A DNA stretch of 64,000 nucleotides from Eledone cirrhosa (GCA_964016885.1 OZ024741.1:412858001-412922000), one strand, 5' to 3'. Shown: positions 24,501 through 36,928, counted from the stretch's first letter. Made by a program: numbers and translations. The notes: a model not told the origin generated them from the sequence alone.

Positions 24501-25201
24501 TACATAGGCCAGGCCAAAAACAGCCTCCGCCAACGCATGACTGTCCATAGATCCCAAATTAAAATACGGGAATACAGGAAAATACCACTGAGTGAACACA
24601 TTGATACCTGTGCCGCCCAAAATCATCCCAACTTCAGAATCTTTCCCCTCTACAAATTTAAAGATAATGCCACCCACACCCAGCGCATCAGCAAGGAATC
24701 TCACTTTATTAACAAATACGGACCCCGTCTAAACACTTCTCCCTAAGATGAACCCACAACATACACACGTCAACATACATACCTACATCAGCATACATCC
24801 TACATACATCTCTATCCACATATAAACACAATGACATACGTAAACACACATGTTCTATGGTGCAACACAAATATACACAAATTTGCATACCTTTTGATGT
24901 CTATAGATATAAACGTGCCGACACACACACACATACATATACGCACACATGCATTGCACACTGATGGGCACATACATATTTGTACACAAGTATTCCAATA
25001 CGGCAGGGCCTAATGGATTCCCTTTGCAGTACGTACAATCTGGACACTCACACACACCTTGGTCTTATGACAATACTATATATCATTTCACACCTTTTAT
25101 TATTAAGGTTTTTGATGTTCTATTGAGAGAATCGTTTTTACTGAAAATATCGAATAATGTACACCATTTTTACCAGTATCACAAAAATACTGGTCCATCC
25201 C

Positions 25202-25233
<32 letters not shown>

Positions 25234-25940
25234 TACACACGCGTACACTAACATACAAAGAGACATACACACACTTCTCCGTATAAGACAAGAGCTGAAA
25301 AATATCTTTTAACATGTTAAAATATCCCCCACACACGTACAGACACATTCCTACTGTCCGATCCCTCTACCACGAATTACTCTGCTACACACACACACAC
25401 ACACTTGTCTTAATAGGCACCTGAACTGTTGACCTGTCAACATGACTGCAATTCACACACACATCCCTACTGACCATTATCACAACAATGAACCTCTTTA
25501 CTATTACACACACACACACACACACATATTTGTCTTAAAAGACTTATTTTTCAGTGACTTCTCAATCAGCCGAGACAAACCTACATTTGGCGCAAAATCA
25601 ATTTTTAACATTCACATGACCTCTACCGACCAATCAAAATTGTTTTGACCACAAGAATTTTTGCAACACGAATTGGCGCGAAACTTATTTTAATACATCT
25701 GGAGCCACTTTTTTCTTATAAAACAGGTAGAATTTCCAAAACTAATCAGATTAGAGCAAACATCACGGGCGCTCTATCTCAAAATTATTTTTGAAAAGCA
25801 TTAGAAATGCGCAACCGGTAAAAACTTAAAACCAAAACTGAATACTAACCAATACTTATTACTAATTTTTACTTATTCCTAATTAAACTATTTTTCACTG
25901 GGAAGAATTTGTTAGCATTTTCTTTTCCTTTTACCTATAT
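21510..25940 (+). mobile_element. Penelope-like element C (Neptune-like), frameshifted; ORF remnants 21609-24746, CA-rich 3' UTR
   Basis: LSKGLKFTPTP, IKEADKG, KLRPII, TFDVVNLYSNIP, GTAMGT, WKRYLDD, PFLD, YYKPTD, SCHP, CDRPNCGIC linker, NLIYV...YIGQ GIY-YIG. Confidence 0.9.
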
Positions 25941-25968
25941 ATATATATATGTGTGTGTGTCTGTGTGT

Positions 25969-26034
<66 letters not shown>

Positions 26035-26039
<5 letters not shown>

Positions 26040-27330
26040 CTGATGATCTAATGCTTATAGCTGAATCAATGGCTGAACTAGAGAAGAAATTCTAAACATG
26101 GAAGCATGGCCTAGAATCAAAAGGCCTTCAAATTAACATGTCTAAGACTAAAGTTCTAGTATGTAGAAAGGAAAATAGGGCACTGGTCCTATCTGGGAAA
26201 TGGCCATGCTCAATGTGTAGGAAAGAAGTAGGCAGAAACTCCATTTTATGTCCCAAATGCAAAGTATGGGTGCATAAAAGATGTAGTGGGATCACAGGTA
26301 AACTATCTAAGAACGTAGATTTTATATGTGGCCGATGCTCAGGTGCAATAAGTAGCAAGTGCCCAAAGGATACTAGCACCTTCAATTGCCCAGATGGCTC
26401 TATAGAAATAGTGGACACCTTCCGTTAACTGGGTGACAAAATCAGCAGTGGTGGAGGGTGCTCTGAAAGTACAGTAGCTAGAGTCAGAACAGGATGGAAA
26501 AAGTTCAGAGAGCGTATACCACTATTGGCCACTAAAGGTTTCTCTCTAAAAATGAAAGGCAGATTGTATGATGCCTGTATACGAACAGCAATGCTAAATG
26601 GCAGTGAGACCTGGGCATTGTGTGCAGAGGACCTGTGCAGACAGGAGAGGAATGAAGCATGCATGCTACGTTGTATGTGTAATAGCAATATACGTGAACA
26701 GCAAAGCATAAATGAAGTAAGTGAGAAATTAGGTATAAGAGGGATCAGATGCTGTTTACTTGAGAGAAGACTACGTTGGTATGGTCACGTGATGCGCATG
26801 AAAGACGGCAGCTGTATCAAAAAGTGCAGGGCGATCAAAATTGATGCAAGTTACGGAGTAAGCAGACCCAGAAAAGCCTGGGACGATTTTATAAATTCCG
26901 ACCTTACACACACCTCTCTAAGACAATGTCACTGGACCGAGATCTTTGGCGCTACGCAGTAATACAGAAGACCCGCCTTGCCTAAGTGCAAAGCGAAACC
27001 TACAGTCAGTAGGCACCTCTTAACCAAAATACACCCCCGTCCCACTACCCCCACCCCATCCACACCACTCCTTTCGATGTAAAGTTATGTTGGTACCACA
27101 ACATCCAGTCCTAAATAAATGAGGTCGTGTAGGTGTCACGACAAAAAAACACACAGTGCACGCTGTAATGTGGCCGTGTAGCTAACACGGTAAAAACCTC
27201 CCAGTCCACTCGTAGAAAACCCGCCAGACAGTCCTGAGCAAGACAACCAATATTGCCTCAAGTGGGAAAATTCCCGTCCAAACCCATGCAAACGTGGAAG
27301 ATGGACGTTAAACGATGATGATGATGATAT
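26035..27330 (+). mobile_element. RTE LINE 3' fragment with (GAT)n tail
   Basis: YADD, WPCSMC...WVHKRC finger, RRLRWYGHVMR; 3' UTR ends gacgttaaacgatgatgatg. Confidence 0.9.
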
Positions 27331-27549
27331 ATGTATATATATATATATATCTATATATATATATATATGAATACATGTATATATATATATGTATATATAT
27401 ATATGTATACTAGCAGAAGTACCCGGCGTTGCCCGGGTATAAGTCGACCTTTGCTCTGTTGTTAAAATGTGTGAAAGTTACTTCCCGCGCATCACAGGTG
27501 CAACGTTGTTGTTGGGGGTTCACGCTGTTGTTGGTGTTGTTATTGTCTA

Positions 27550-28631
27550 CACCAAAGGAGGTCATCATGAAACAGGAGTTGTATTTCCACATGTTACGGC
27601 AGAACGTTGTAGCCGTACTGTCGTCACCTGTAAGTAGATTCAGAAGAACGTCTGACGGGTCAGCCAATGCCTCTAGTTGCACCTTACCTCCTGTACAGCA
27701 CATAGAAGGCGCCTCGCCTGGCGACTTCATTGCCTTGCAGGATGTACAGACATTATCCATTTTGCCAATGGAGACTGTAGGCAGAGGTCCGTAATCCTCA
27801 GAGGGGTTATATCTGAAGGCTGCTTTTACCCAGCCTGAGCTCTTGGCAGCAGTAGCTAATGTATGCCGGGAACGCTTAGCAGCAAGCCTGTTGTCTGTCT
27901 GCCGTGGACTTCTCTGCAAGCGCTTGTTGACGACGAAGGCGAACCCCAGCAAGCCTCCTCTGACGGGTTGTTGGTGATTCTTCTGCAAGCGCTTGTTGGT
28001 GACGAAGGCAAACGCCAGCAAGCCGCGTCGTACGGGATGTTGGTGACTCCTCCGTCAGCGCTTGTTGGCAACGAAGGCGAACACCAGCAAGCCGCGTCGT
28101 ACGGGATGTTGGTGACTCCTCTGCCAGTGATTGTTGGCGACGAAGGCGAACACCAGCAAGCCGCATCGTACGGGATGTTGGTGACTCCTCTGCCAGTGAT
28201 TGTTGGCGACGAAGGCGAACACCAGCAAGCCGCGTCGTACGGGATGTTGGTGACTCAACCAGCCGGGAAAGACGTCTATCAGCGAGTCGAGATTCGCGTT
28301 CAGCAGGTGTTTCCTAAAGAAAGTTAATTAATGCTACTGGTTAGCTAAGCCAAAGGCACTGTGCCAATAGTAAATGAGAAAAGTGTAATATGAACAAAAG
28401 GGAATCAAGGTAAGACAATAAATTTAATATAACTACGATTAGAATGTTGTAGTTACTTAAAAGTGGTGACAGTTAGGATAAACGCAGTGCTTGCTAACAT
28501 TAAAAGAGAATATTGCATAAAGGATTAACCAATTGTGAATGAACGCATACCTGAGAACGCCTAATTCGTCGTCTCAAAGCAGTAGCTGTATCTTTTTTGG
28601 AGGTAAGTCTTGAACGTTTCCGCGTGGGCAT
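27550..28631 (-). pseudogene. Spliced Helitron RepHel N-terminus: exon 28631-28551, intron 28550-28314, exon from 28313; 23-aa STPR-like repeats, then Cys-rich region; frameshift ~27890
   Basis: ATG-MPTRKRSRLTSKKDTATALRRRIRRSQ|GTATGC...ctttctttAG|ETPAERESRL, in frame with 69-bp repeats ESPTSRTTRLAGVRLRRQQSLAE, followed by CTSCKA...E...CCTGGKV and YNSCFMMTSFG. Confidence 0.82.
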
Positions 28632-28755
28632 AACGACGTGTAACGAAGCTGTTAGGTTAGAGAGGGGTGATTAAGTACAGAGAGAGGCGACACCAGATTC
28701 GCTAGCATGTTTACTGGTGAATAGGAAGGTTTGGAAATATGATTATAATAACTTA

Positions 28756-28980
28756 CCGAATTTTCCGGCCTATAAAGTGCACTTAAAATACTTAAATTTC
28801 ATCAAAAAACAGCTCTGCGCTTTATACTCCGATCAATCACGGCTCTAACAAAAGTAATAGATCTAGACTAAAAGTAAAGAAGATAGCATTTTCCTGGTTG
28901 GCCTTACACGCCGTTGCGCGGACCTGATTTTAAATGATACGCCTTATATCCCGGTGAGCCTTATAGAGCGGAAAATACGG
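28756..28980. mobile_element. MITE (pogo/Tigger-like TIRs) nested in the Helitron
   Basis: TA|ccgaattttccggcctataa ... ttatagagcggaaaatacgg|TA. Confidence 0.75.
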
Positions 28981-30514
28981 TATTTATTGGAAAAGAATAC
29001 GAATTCATGACCAAGGTGTGACAAAATTGGCGTCTATCAGTGCCTGAAACAAACTTGTTCAAAACCCTGGGATCTTTCTCGCTAAGTATCCACCCAAAAG
29101 GAACCGTTTCTTAGTTACAAAAAATAACCAAAGTGAATAGTAGCTATATTTCTGATATATCATGCCAAAAAGAACAATATATTCAAAAAATTTTCTAAAG
29201 TACATTCAATCTCTCTTTTTGACCGATGTCTTAAGCAAATTATCGATTTTTTATTAGCTATCAGTGTTTATCTGCATGCATGTGTGAACGTGTGCGTAAT
29301 CAATTGCACTGTATGCAGATGGTCTATGACAACTAATTAAAAAATTAAAGAACAATAGCAATTTGCAAATACGCTCATAACATTTAGTCGTAAACAGAAC
29401 AAAAAATACCATTAGAAGTGGGCTAATAATGGAAAAGACACAAACCCTGGTGAACTTACGTTTAAAAAAACCGAAAACTTATTCACTTCCTGTGCAAAAG
29501 GCTGTGACAGTAGTGTTATGAATTAAGTAATTTTTTAGAACCTTTTGTTTAAAAAAGGTAAAAATTGGTACGGACGTAACATTTTTTACAACTTTGTATG
29601 TGTCCAATACAACTTGGTCAAAGTATTATTTAGTAAATATTTTTCAAAAAGCATGATTATTTAAGACTGTTTGAAAATTTACTCACCGCTTTTAGCTTTT
29701 GGCATCACACAAGACACCATTAAATTTGGTTTCCTTTCAGATAGGGATAATATTGTATTTGCACTTGAATAAGGGGGAATATGAAAAGTTTAACGCTAAG
29801 ATGTCGACAATCCCCTAGTCCCAATGGGGATTTTTTAATTTAAGGAAGGCGAAAATTGAATTAAATTTAACTGAAAGGGCATGCAAGTAGTCTAAATAAA
29901 TAAGCACCGATAAGTAAGTGGGCAAATTCTGTAAAGGTCCGTTTAGTGAGACGGCCGGATTTATTGTTGTTCACAAAAAGTGGATACACACAAAGAGAAA
30001 AAGGCGGTTCGCACGTGCGTGCATATCTGTTTGTGTATCTATCGTTGAGAAAACATACTGCTCGTGGTATAGACAGGCCGTCCAATCAATAACGCGCGTG
30101 AGTCACAGTGTGTGCGTGCTTATATTGGCATATGAAATTGATTTTGAATGCGCCAGGTGTAAACTGCTTGTGTTCGAATACATACACATTAAATTTCAAT
30201 GAAATCGAAAAATGTTTGAAAAAAATATGAAAAACATTCTGTCATATATTTTGTTGACTGTACAATTATTTAAGAATTAAGAATTCTACTCAAAGAACCC
30301 TAAATAACTGTTTGTAAAGCCTTCCATTTTCCCATAAAGAAAGGCGTAAGTTTGCATATTTCCACAATATTGCGCCATTGATAATTAAACTATGAATAAT
30401 TGTCTGCCCTAAACCTTAAAGGTCTCATTTAACGCATGATTTATTAGTTTAAAAAAACTTTCTGAATTTTTGCAGCCTTGGAGTAACTCCTAATGGGTCT
30501 ATTATTGTGGTAAT

Positions 30515-30890
30515 ATCAAATTTCATTGAAATCGGACGAATTCTGAAAATATCGATTTTTGCCTCTAAGGGTCCGATTCAAGTACCCCGCGTTGATCCCC
30601 GCATCAAAATACATACCTACGTCAAATTTCATTGGAATCGGACAAATTTGGTAAATTACGATTTTTGCCTATGGTGATCCAATTACCGATTTTTAGAAAA
30701 TTCAATGTAGCCTATGTTCATCCCCGGATCAAAATACACACTTGCGTCGAGTTTCATCTAAATCGGACGATTTTTGAAAATATCGATTTTTGGCTTCTGG
30801 GTGCCCGATTATCGAAAATTTCAGGTAGCCTATTCCAATCTACGGGTCGAGTTTTATATGTGTCAAGTTTCGTGAAAATCGGATGAACGG
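30515..30890. repeat. Degenerate ~105-125-bp subterminal tandem repeats of the Helitron
   Basis: Recurring aatttcat...aatcggac...aaatatcgattttt. Confidence 0.7.
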
Positions 30891-30943
30891 TGTAGCCTGC
30901 AAGTTCGGGACACCAAACAAACAAACAAACAACACCCAACTTC

Positions 30944-30947
<4 letters not shown>

Positions 30948-31001
<54 letters not shown>

Positions 31002-31002
31002 G

Positions 31003-31050
<48 letters not shown>

Positions 31051-31077
31051 GTATATATATATATGTATATATATATG

Positions 31078-31146
<69 letters not shown>

Positions 31147-31150
31147 GTAT

Positions 31151-31204
<54 letters not shown>

Positions 31205-31370
31205 GCATATGTATATATATATATGCATATGTATATAAATATATATGCATAATATATATATGCATATCTATATAAATATATGTATATATATATATGTATA
31301 TATATATATGTGTGTGTATATATATATATATGTATATATATATGCATATATATATAATTATATATATATA
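30948..31370. repeat. (TA)n-rich microsatellite
   Basis: Visible directly in the sequence. Confidence 0.95.
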
Positions 31371-31778
31371 TCATCATCTTATGTCTGCTTTTCCCTGCTT
31401 GCAAGGGTGGGACGGGAACTGATTCTGGCTTGATTTCTACAGCTGGATGCCCTTCCTAACACCAACCTCATTTACAGTGAGTGCTGGGTGCTTTTTTTTC
31501 CGTGGCGCCTACACGTCCACTTTACACTGTGGGCTGGGTGCTTTTTTGCCAAGGCACCTCCACGACCACTTTGCAGTGGAATGATAGGGACTGGGGTCCC
31601 TATCATTCCACTGCAAAGTAGTCGTGGAGGTGCCATGGCAAAAAAGCACCCAGCACTCACTGTAAAGAGGTTGGTGTTAGGAAGGGCATCCAGCTGTAGA
31701 AATCAAGCTAGAATCAGTTCCCGTCCCACCCTTGCAAGCAGGGAAAAAGCGGATGAAATGATGAAATGATGATGATGA
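31371..31778. mobile_element. Fold-back (head-to-head) dimer of SINE 3' halves
   Basis: Axis agtggaatgatagggac-tggg-gtccctatcattccact centred at 31592-31595. Both arms end in (GAT)n-like tails. Confidence 0.88.
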
Positions 31779-31819
31779 TATAAAATTACACAATTATCAA
31801 AGTTTTGTTCAAATCATTT

Positions 31820-31871
31820 AATAGCTGACAATCGTTTCTTCCAAACTTTCATTTGGAGTCATCGGAGCATT
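31820..31871 (-). ncRNA. HHR-like motif with CCGAUGA core
   Basis: gct-CCGATGA-c-tccaaa-tgaaag-tttgga-a-GAAA-cgattg-TC-agc. Confidence 0.6.
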
Positions 31872-31916
31872 ATCATTATAGTATCATTATTATTATTATC
31901 ATTATTATTATTATAA

Positions 31917-32275
31917 GGGTGGTGGATTGGCAGTATCGGTAGAGAGTTGGACGCCATGCTTTCGAGCATAGTTACGTCCCTTTCATCCTTACGGGGTCGA
32001 TAAAATAAAGTACCAGTAATGCACTGGGTAATTGCTGGCCTTGTGCCTAAAGTAGAAACAATTATTATATATTATCATCGGAGATTGGCAGTATCGGTAG
32101 AGAGTCGGACGCCATGCTTTGATGCATAGAGTTACGGCCCTTACCATTATGAGTTCAAATCCCGCTGAGCTTAATTTTGCCTTTCATCTTTACGGGGTCG
32201 ATAAAATAAAGTACCAGTAATGTACTGGGTAATTGCTGACCTTGTGCCAAAAGTAGAAACAATTATTATATATTA
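31917..32275 (+). mobile_element. Two tandem Nin-like tRNA-SINE copies (the first internally deleted)
   Basis: A-box TGGCAGTATCGG, B-box GAGTTCAAATC, Nin-like segment, (ATT)n tails. Confidence 0.85.
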
Positions 32276-32439
32276 TCATCGGAGAATTATCAATAGTATC
32301 ATTATTATTATTATATATATATATATATATATACTGTATATATATACCTTTGATAGCTTTGATAGGTTTCAGCCAGTATTAGCCCAGGCCATGTCTAACT
32401 TAATAGCACCACCTGGCGAAGTCTTACACATCAGAGTAA

Positions 32440-32675
32440 CCCAGCCCACACTGTAAAGTGGATCTGTAGGCGCCACGGAAAAAAGCACCCAGCACTCACT
32501 GTAAATGAGGTTGGTGTTAGGAAGGGCATCCAGCTGTAGAAATCAAGCCAGAATCAGTTCCTGTATGAGCAAGACAAGGTTAGCCGACTGGACACTGCCC
32601 ACAACAGGACAACCCGTCTAACCCATGTTAGCATGGAAGAACGGACGTAAAACGATGATGATGATGATGATGATA
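32440..32675 (+). mobile_element. SINE/RTE-tail fragment
   Basis: aaaagcacccagcactcactgtaaatgaggttggtgttaggaagggcatccag...(GAT)n. Confidence 0.75.
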
Positions 32676-32741
32676 TATATGTGTGTGCATATATATATAT
32701 GTACAAAGTGTTAAAACGATAAAAATTTTAGTTTAGAACAT

Positions 32742-32796
32742 TTATTTGCTGACAATTGTTTCTTCCAGAGGGAAGTCTGGAATCATCGAAGCATAA
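32742..32796 (-). ncRNA. HHR-like motif with UCGAUGA core
   Basis: tgct-TCGATGA-ttccaga-cttccc-tctggaa-GAAA-caattg-TC-agca. Confidence 0.6.
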
Positions 32797-32984
32797 GGAA
32801 TGTCGAAACATGTGACTAAAATCCTAGTCATTCAGAACATTTAGGGTACATAATTGTTGTTAGTGTCAAAGGCATCGTGTGGAGAGTCAGGAGTTAAAAA
32901 GATGTTATGCTTGAGAGAACACAATTACAGGCAGCACTGGTTGAAAGTGTAAGAGGTATAAGTAAAAAGTACAGGCAATATCCT

Positions 32985-33320
32985 CATCCTCATCATTTTA
33001 CGTCCGCTTTTCCCTGCTTGCAAGGGGGGGATGGGAACTGATTCTGGCTTGATTTCTACAGCTGGATGCCCTTCCTAACACCAACCTCATTTACAGTGAG
33101 TGTTGGGTGCTTTTTTGCCGTGGCACCTCCACGACCACTTTGCAGTGGAATGATATGGGCCCCAGTCCCTATCATCTCATTTCTACAGCTGAGTAAACTG
33201 GAGCAATGTGAAATAAAGTGTCTTGCTCAAGGAAACAACACATCACCCGGTCTGAGAATTGAACTTACAACCTTTCGATTGCAAGGCCAATGCTCTAACC
33301 ACTAAGCCATGTGCCTCCAC
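32985..33320 (-). mobile_element. tRNA-derived SINE with RTE-like 3' tail
   Basis: Reverse complement of the 35799-36140 family. Confidence 0.9.
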
Positions 33321-33654
33321 TTATATATATATATATATATTATATATTTACATATATATATTATATATTTATATATATAAAGATATGTTTCTTTTATTTG
33401 CCACTAGGGCATCAAAAGTGGGACAAGTACAAAGGGGGAGTTTACACAAAAAGGCGTCCTCAATAAGGAGGAGGCAATAACAAAATATAAAAATAAAATA
33501 AGATATAACAAAAAATAAAATTTATAACAAAATCCTCAATAGAGAGGAGGCGCCTTGGGGGGTCGCACACACCCCCGAAAAAAGTGTGCAACCCTTCTCC
33601 TCAGGAGCACAGAGAAGGGGTGCTCCCTTGGTCTTTCATCTTCCTCACCTATAG

Positions 33655-34138
33655 TCTGAGATGGCATGACAGGCCTTGACTATTGGAGTCGATTAGAAAA
33701 GCTCAACCTTTATTCTCTCCGTCATCGTGAACACTACATTATCTACATGATGTGGAAAATATTCCATCAGCATTGCCCAAATGATGTTGGCATCACCTTT
33801 AATGTACATCCAAGGCTCTCCGCCCACGACAAAAATCTCACTCACATTTCATAACAACAATACGGCACAATTATTTCACCTCAGTTGGCCCTGCACTCTT
33901 TAACATTACACCAAAACACATTAAAACAGAAACAGACCCAATAAAGTTCAAGAAATCTTTGGACAAATTCCTTCAAGAAATTCCGGATAAGGCTCCTACA
34001 CCAGGATATGCCTCCATAAACAATAACTCTTTACTTGAGTGGGCCATGGTGCCCAAATCCTGATTTGAAAGACTTCGCCAGGTGGTGTTATTAAGTTAGA
34101 CATGGCCTGGACCAATACTGACCAAAAGTTATCAAAGT
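33655..34138 (+). mobile_element. CR1/L2-group LINE 3' fragment; antisense piece of its tail at 32348-32426
   Basis: GLDYWSRLEKLNLYSL...WKI...GPALFN...KFKKSLDKFL...PD. Confidence 0.75.
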
Positions 34139-34147
34139 TATATATAT

Positions 34148-34375
34148 ATCATCATCAACGTTTAACGTCCGTGTTCCACGCTTGCATGGGTTTGGACGGG
34201 GGTTTTCCCACTTGAGGCAAGAGTGATTGTCTTGCTCGCATAGGACTGTCTGGCAGGTTTTCTACAGTTGGATGCCCTTCCTAACACCAACCACATTTAC
34301 AGTGTGGGTCTGGGAGGTTTTTACCGTGTTGCCTACACGGCCACATTACAGCGTGGACTGTGTGTTTTTTTGTCG
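34148..34375 (-). mobile_element. RTE 3' UTR fragment
   Basis: Near-identical to 37010-37236. Confidence 0.85.
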
Positions 34376-34681
34376 TATACATACACACAGATATATAATA
34401 TACACACATACATACACACACACATATGCAAACACGGCTACACACATATACAAGAGTACCATGGATTAATTCACACACATACCTAGTCTTTCATTCACAC
34501 TCACACAGATGTCTTGTTACATGACATAGATACACACACATGTGTGTAATATGCATGTGTGTGTGCATGTGTGTATGTGTGTGTGTGTATGTTTATATAT
34601 ATGCTCATGTGTGTGTGTATGTATGTGTGCACATGAGTGTGTATCCATGTGTTTCCACATGCATGTGTGTGCGTGTATGTA

Positions 34682-34716
<35 letters not shown>

Positions 34717-35019
34717 ACATGTGTATGTGTATGTATGTGATTTTATGCTTGTATGTGTGCATATATGAGCATGTATGTGTGTCTCTGTCTTATGTGTTTG
34801 TGTGTGTGTATGTATATATGTATATATGCATGTGTATGTATGTGTTTGCATGTGTATATATATATATGCATGGGTGTGCATCTATGTATGCATGTGAGTG
34901 TAGTGTATGTCTATGTGTGTAAGTGTGTGAATATATGTAAGTGTATGTGTATATGTATGCATGCATATATGTATATATATATAAATTACACAAGTATCAA
35001 AGTTATGTTCAAATCATTT

Positions 35020-35071
35020 AATCGCTGACAATTGTTTCTTCCAAACTTTCGTTTGGAGTCCTTGGAGCATT
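35020..35071 (-). ncRNA. Degenerate HHR-like copy (CCAAGGA core) of the 31820 family
   Basis: gct-CCAAGGA-c-tccaaac-gaaa-gtttgga-a-GAAA-caattg-TC-agc. Confidence 0.45.
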
Positions 35072-35674
35072 ATCAATGTTTGTACATATAACCTCCTATT
35101 CAACTGAACAATCATATAGATACATATATATTGATGTGAACAACAGTTTAGTATTTACAGGGTGGAATGGATGCAACATATATTATATGAGAATTGTACA
35201 ATAATTAAAATTAAAATTAAAAGCACAGAGTGGAATAGATGCGACAGATAATACAAGAGAATAGTCTAATAATTAAAGAGGCATTGAGAAAGAAGTACAT
35301 ATTCAAGCGTGTAGAGATTGCACATGCGTTAGTCATATATATGAGAAGGAAACAAGCAAAGGTATTAGGCATATATAAATACTGTATGGCAAGGTATTAC
35401 ATAAAATACAAGTACTTTAAGCGAATATGTTAGTGTATTATGGAGGATGTAATGCGAGGATAGTTTCTGTATAGTTCAAATTTGTATGTGTGTAGAATAT
35501 GAAAGTTACAGATTTCCCATCCATTACATATGTTAAGTTATATTTTAGTTAACGTTTGTATTGAATGTTTTTAGTTAGTTATAGTAATGGATTATAACTT
35601 GGTCTTATTGTATTCATATTCATGGATTAGAGTTGTTCCACAGCGAGATTTTCCAACGGTTTTATCTATGAATG

Positions 35675-35706
<32 letters not shown>

Positions 35707-35768
35707 TATGTATGTATATGTATATATGTATGTATATGTATATATGTATATATATATATGTATATGCA

Positions 35769-35798
<30 letters not shown>

Positions 35799-35799
<1 letters not shown>

Positions 35800-36140
35800 G
35801 GAGGCACATGGCTTAGTGGTTAGAGCATTGGCCTTGCAATCGAAAGGTTGTGAGTTCAATTCTCAGACTGGGTGATGTGTTGTTTCCTTGAGCAAGACAC
35901 TTTATTTCACATTGCTCCAGTTTACTCAGCTGTAGAAATGAGATGATAGGGACTGCGGTCCTTATCATTCCACTGCAAAGTGGTCGTGGAGGTGCCACGG
36001 CAAAAAAGCACCCAGCACTCACTGTAAATGAGGTTGGTGTTAGGAAGGGCATCCAGCTGTAGAAATCAAGCCAGAATCAGTTCCCGTCCCACCCTTGCAA
36101 GCAGGGAAAAGCGGACGTAAAATGATGATGATGATGATGA
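35799..36140 (+). mobile_element. Full-length tRNA-derived SINE with CORE-like middle and RTE-like (GAT)n tail
   Basis: A-box TGGCTTAGTGG, B-box GAGTTCAATTC, CCTTGAGCAAGACACTT; tail homologous to the RTE 3' UTR. Confidence 0.9.
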
Positions 36141-36174
36141 TATATGTATATATGTATACATATATGTATGTATA

Positions 36175-36534
36175 TACAATATATTAATAAATGGAAACTA
36201 TATTTATAAAATCATAATTATTTTATTATATATATTTCAAGGGCGACCAAGCCAGTCTTGGTGTGCTTTCATCAGATAAAATAAAAAATTTGTTTTATAA
36301 ATAGTGACATAACCATGGAAAACAACCTTGACAGTTGAAAATTCGCTGGATAGTCACCAAGATTGGCTTGGTCGTCCTTGAAATATATATAATAAAATAA
36401 TTATGGTTTTAAAAATATAGTTTTCATTTATTAATATATTGAATATTTATTCCAGTTAACTATTGAGTGCTCTATATCAGTTATAAACTTTTAAGTTTGT
36501 TGGAATCCCAACAAATTAAATATAACTTCTACAT
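36175..36534 (+). mobile_element. ~360-bp non-autonomous derivative related to PLE B: inverted HHR-containing arm plus tailed 3' end
   Basis: Arms 36181-36263/36356-36440. 36400-36534 is homologous to the reverse complement of 2567-2700. (TA)-rich flanks. Confidence 0.8.
36218..36284 (-). ncRNA. Type I hammerhead ribozyme
   Basis: ttattttat-CTGATGA-aag..accaag-actgg-cttggt..ctt-GAAA-tatata-TA-ataaaataa. Confidence 0.85.
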
Positions 36535-36551
36535 GTATGTATATATATATC

Positions 36552-36892
36552 ATCATTCATCATTCCATTTTACGTCCACTTTTCCCTGCTTGCAAGGGTG
36601 GGACGGGGACCTGATGCTGGCTTGATTTCTACAGCTGGATGCCCTTCCTAAAACCAACCTCATTTACAGTGAGTGCTGGGTGCTTTTTTGCCGAGGCACC
36701 TCCACGACCACTTTGCAGTGGAATGATAGGGACCCCAGTCCCTATCATCTCATTTCTACAGCTGAGTAAACTGGAGCAATGTGAAATAAAGTGTCTTGCT
36801 CAAGGAAACAACACATCACCCGGTCTGAGAATTGAACTCACAACCTTTTGATTGCAAGGCCAATGCTCTAACCACTAAGCCATGTGCCTCCA
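36552..36892 (-). mobile_element. tRNA-derived SINE with RTE-like tail
   Basis: Reverse complement of the 35799-36140 family. Confidence 0.9.
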
Positions 36893-36928
36893 TATATATA
36901 TATACGTATATATATGTATACATATATG

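Larger units (their letters stand above)
27410..30955 (-). mobile_element. Internally deleted Helitron
   Basis: 3' end: hairpin tacccgg-6nt-ccgggta (27420-27439) followed by CTAG (27410-27413). 5' end: (TA)nAAAGTGAAG...GTTTGTTTG...CCGATTTTCACGAAACTT, typical of Helitron 5' termini. Also RepHel N-terminal coding remnants. Confidence 0.88.

Noticed and set aside
25100-25580. Degenerate HHR-like strings in PLE C 3' UTR
   Set aside because: Stems II and III cannot be formed with a valid core.
35799-35870. tRNA gene
   Set aside because: The A/B boxes are the head of a multi-copy SINE.
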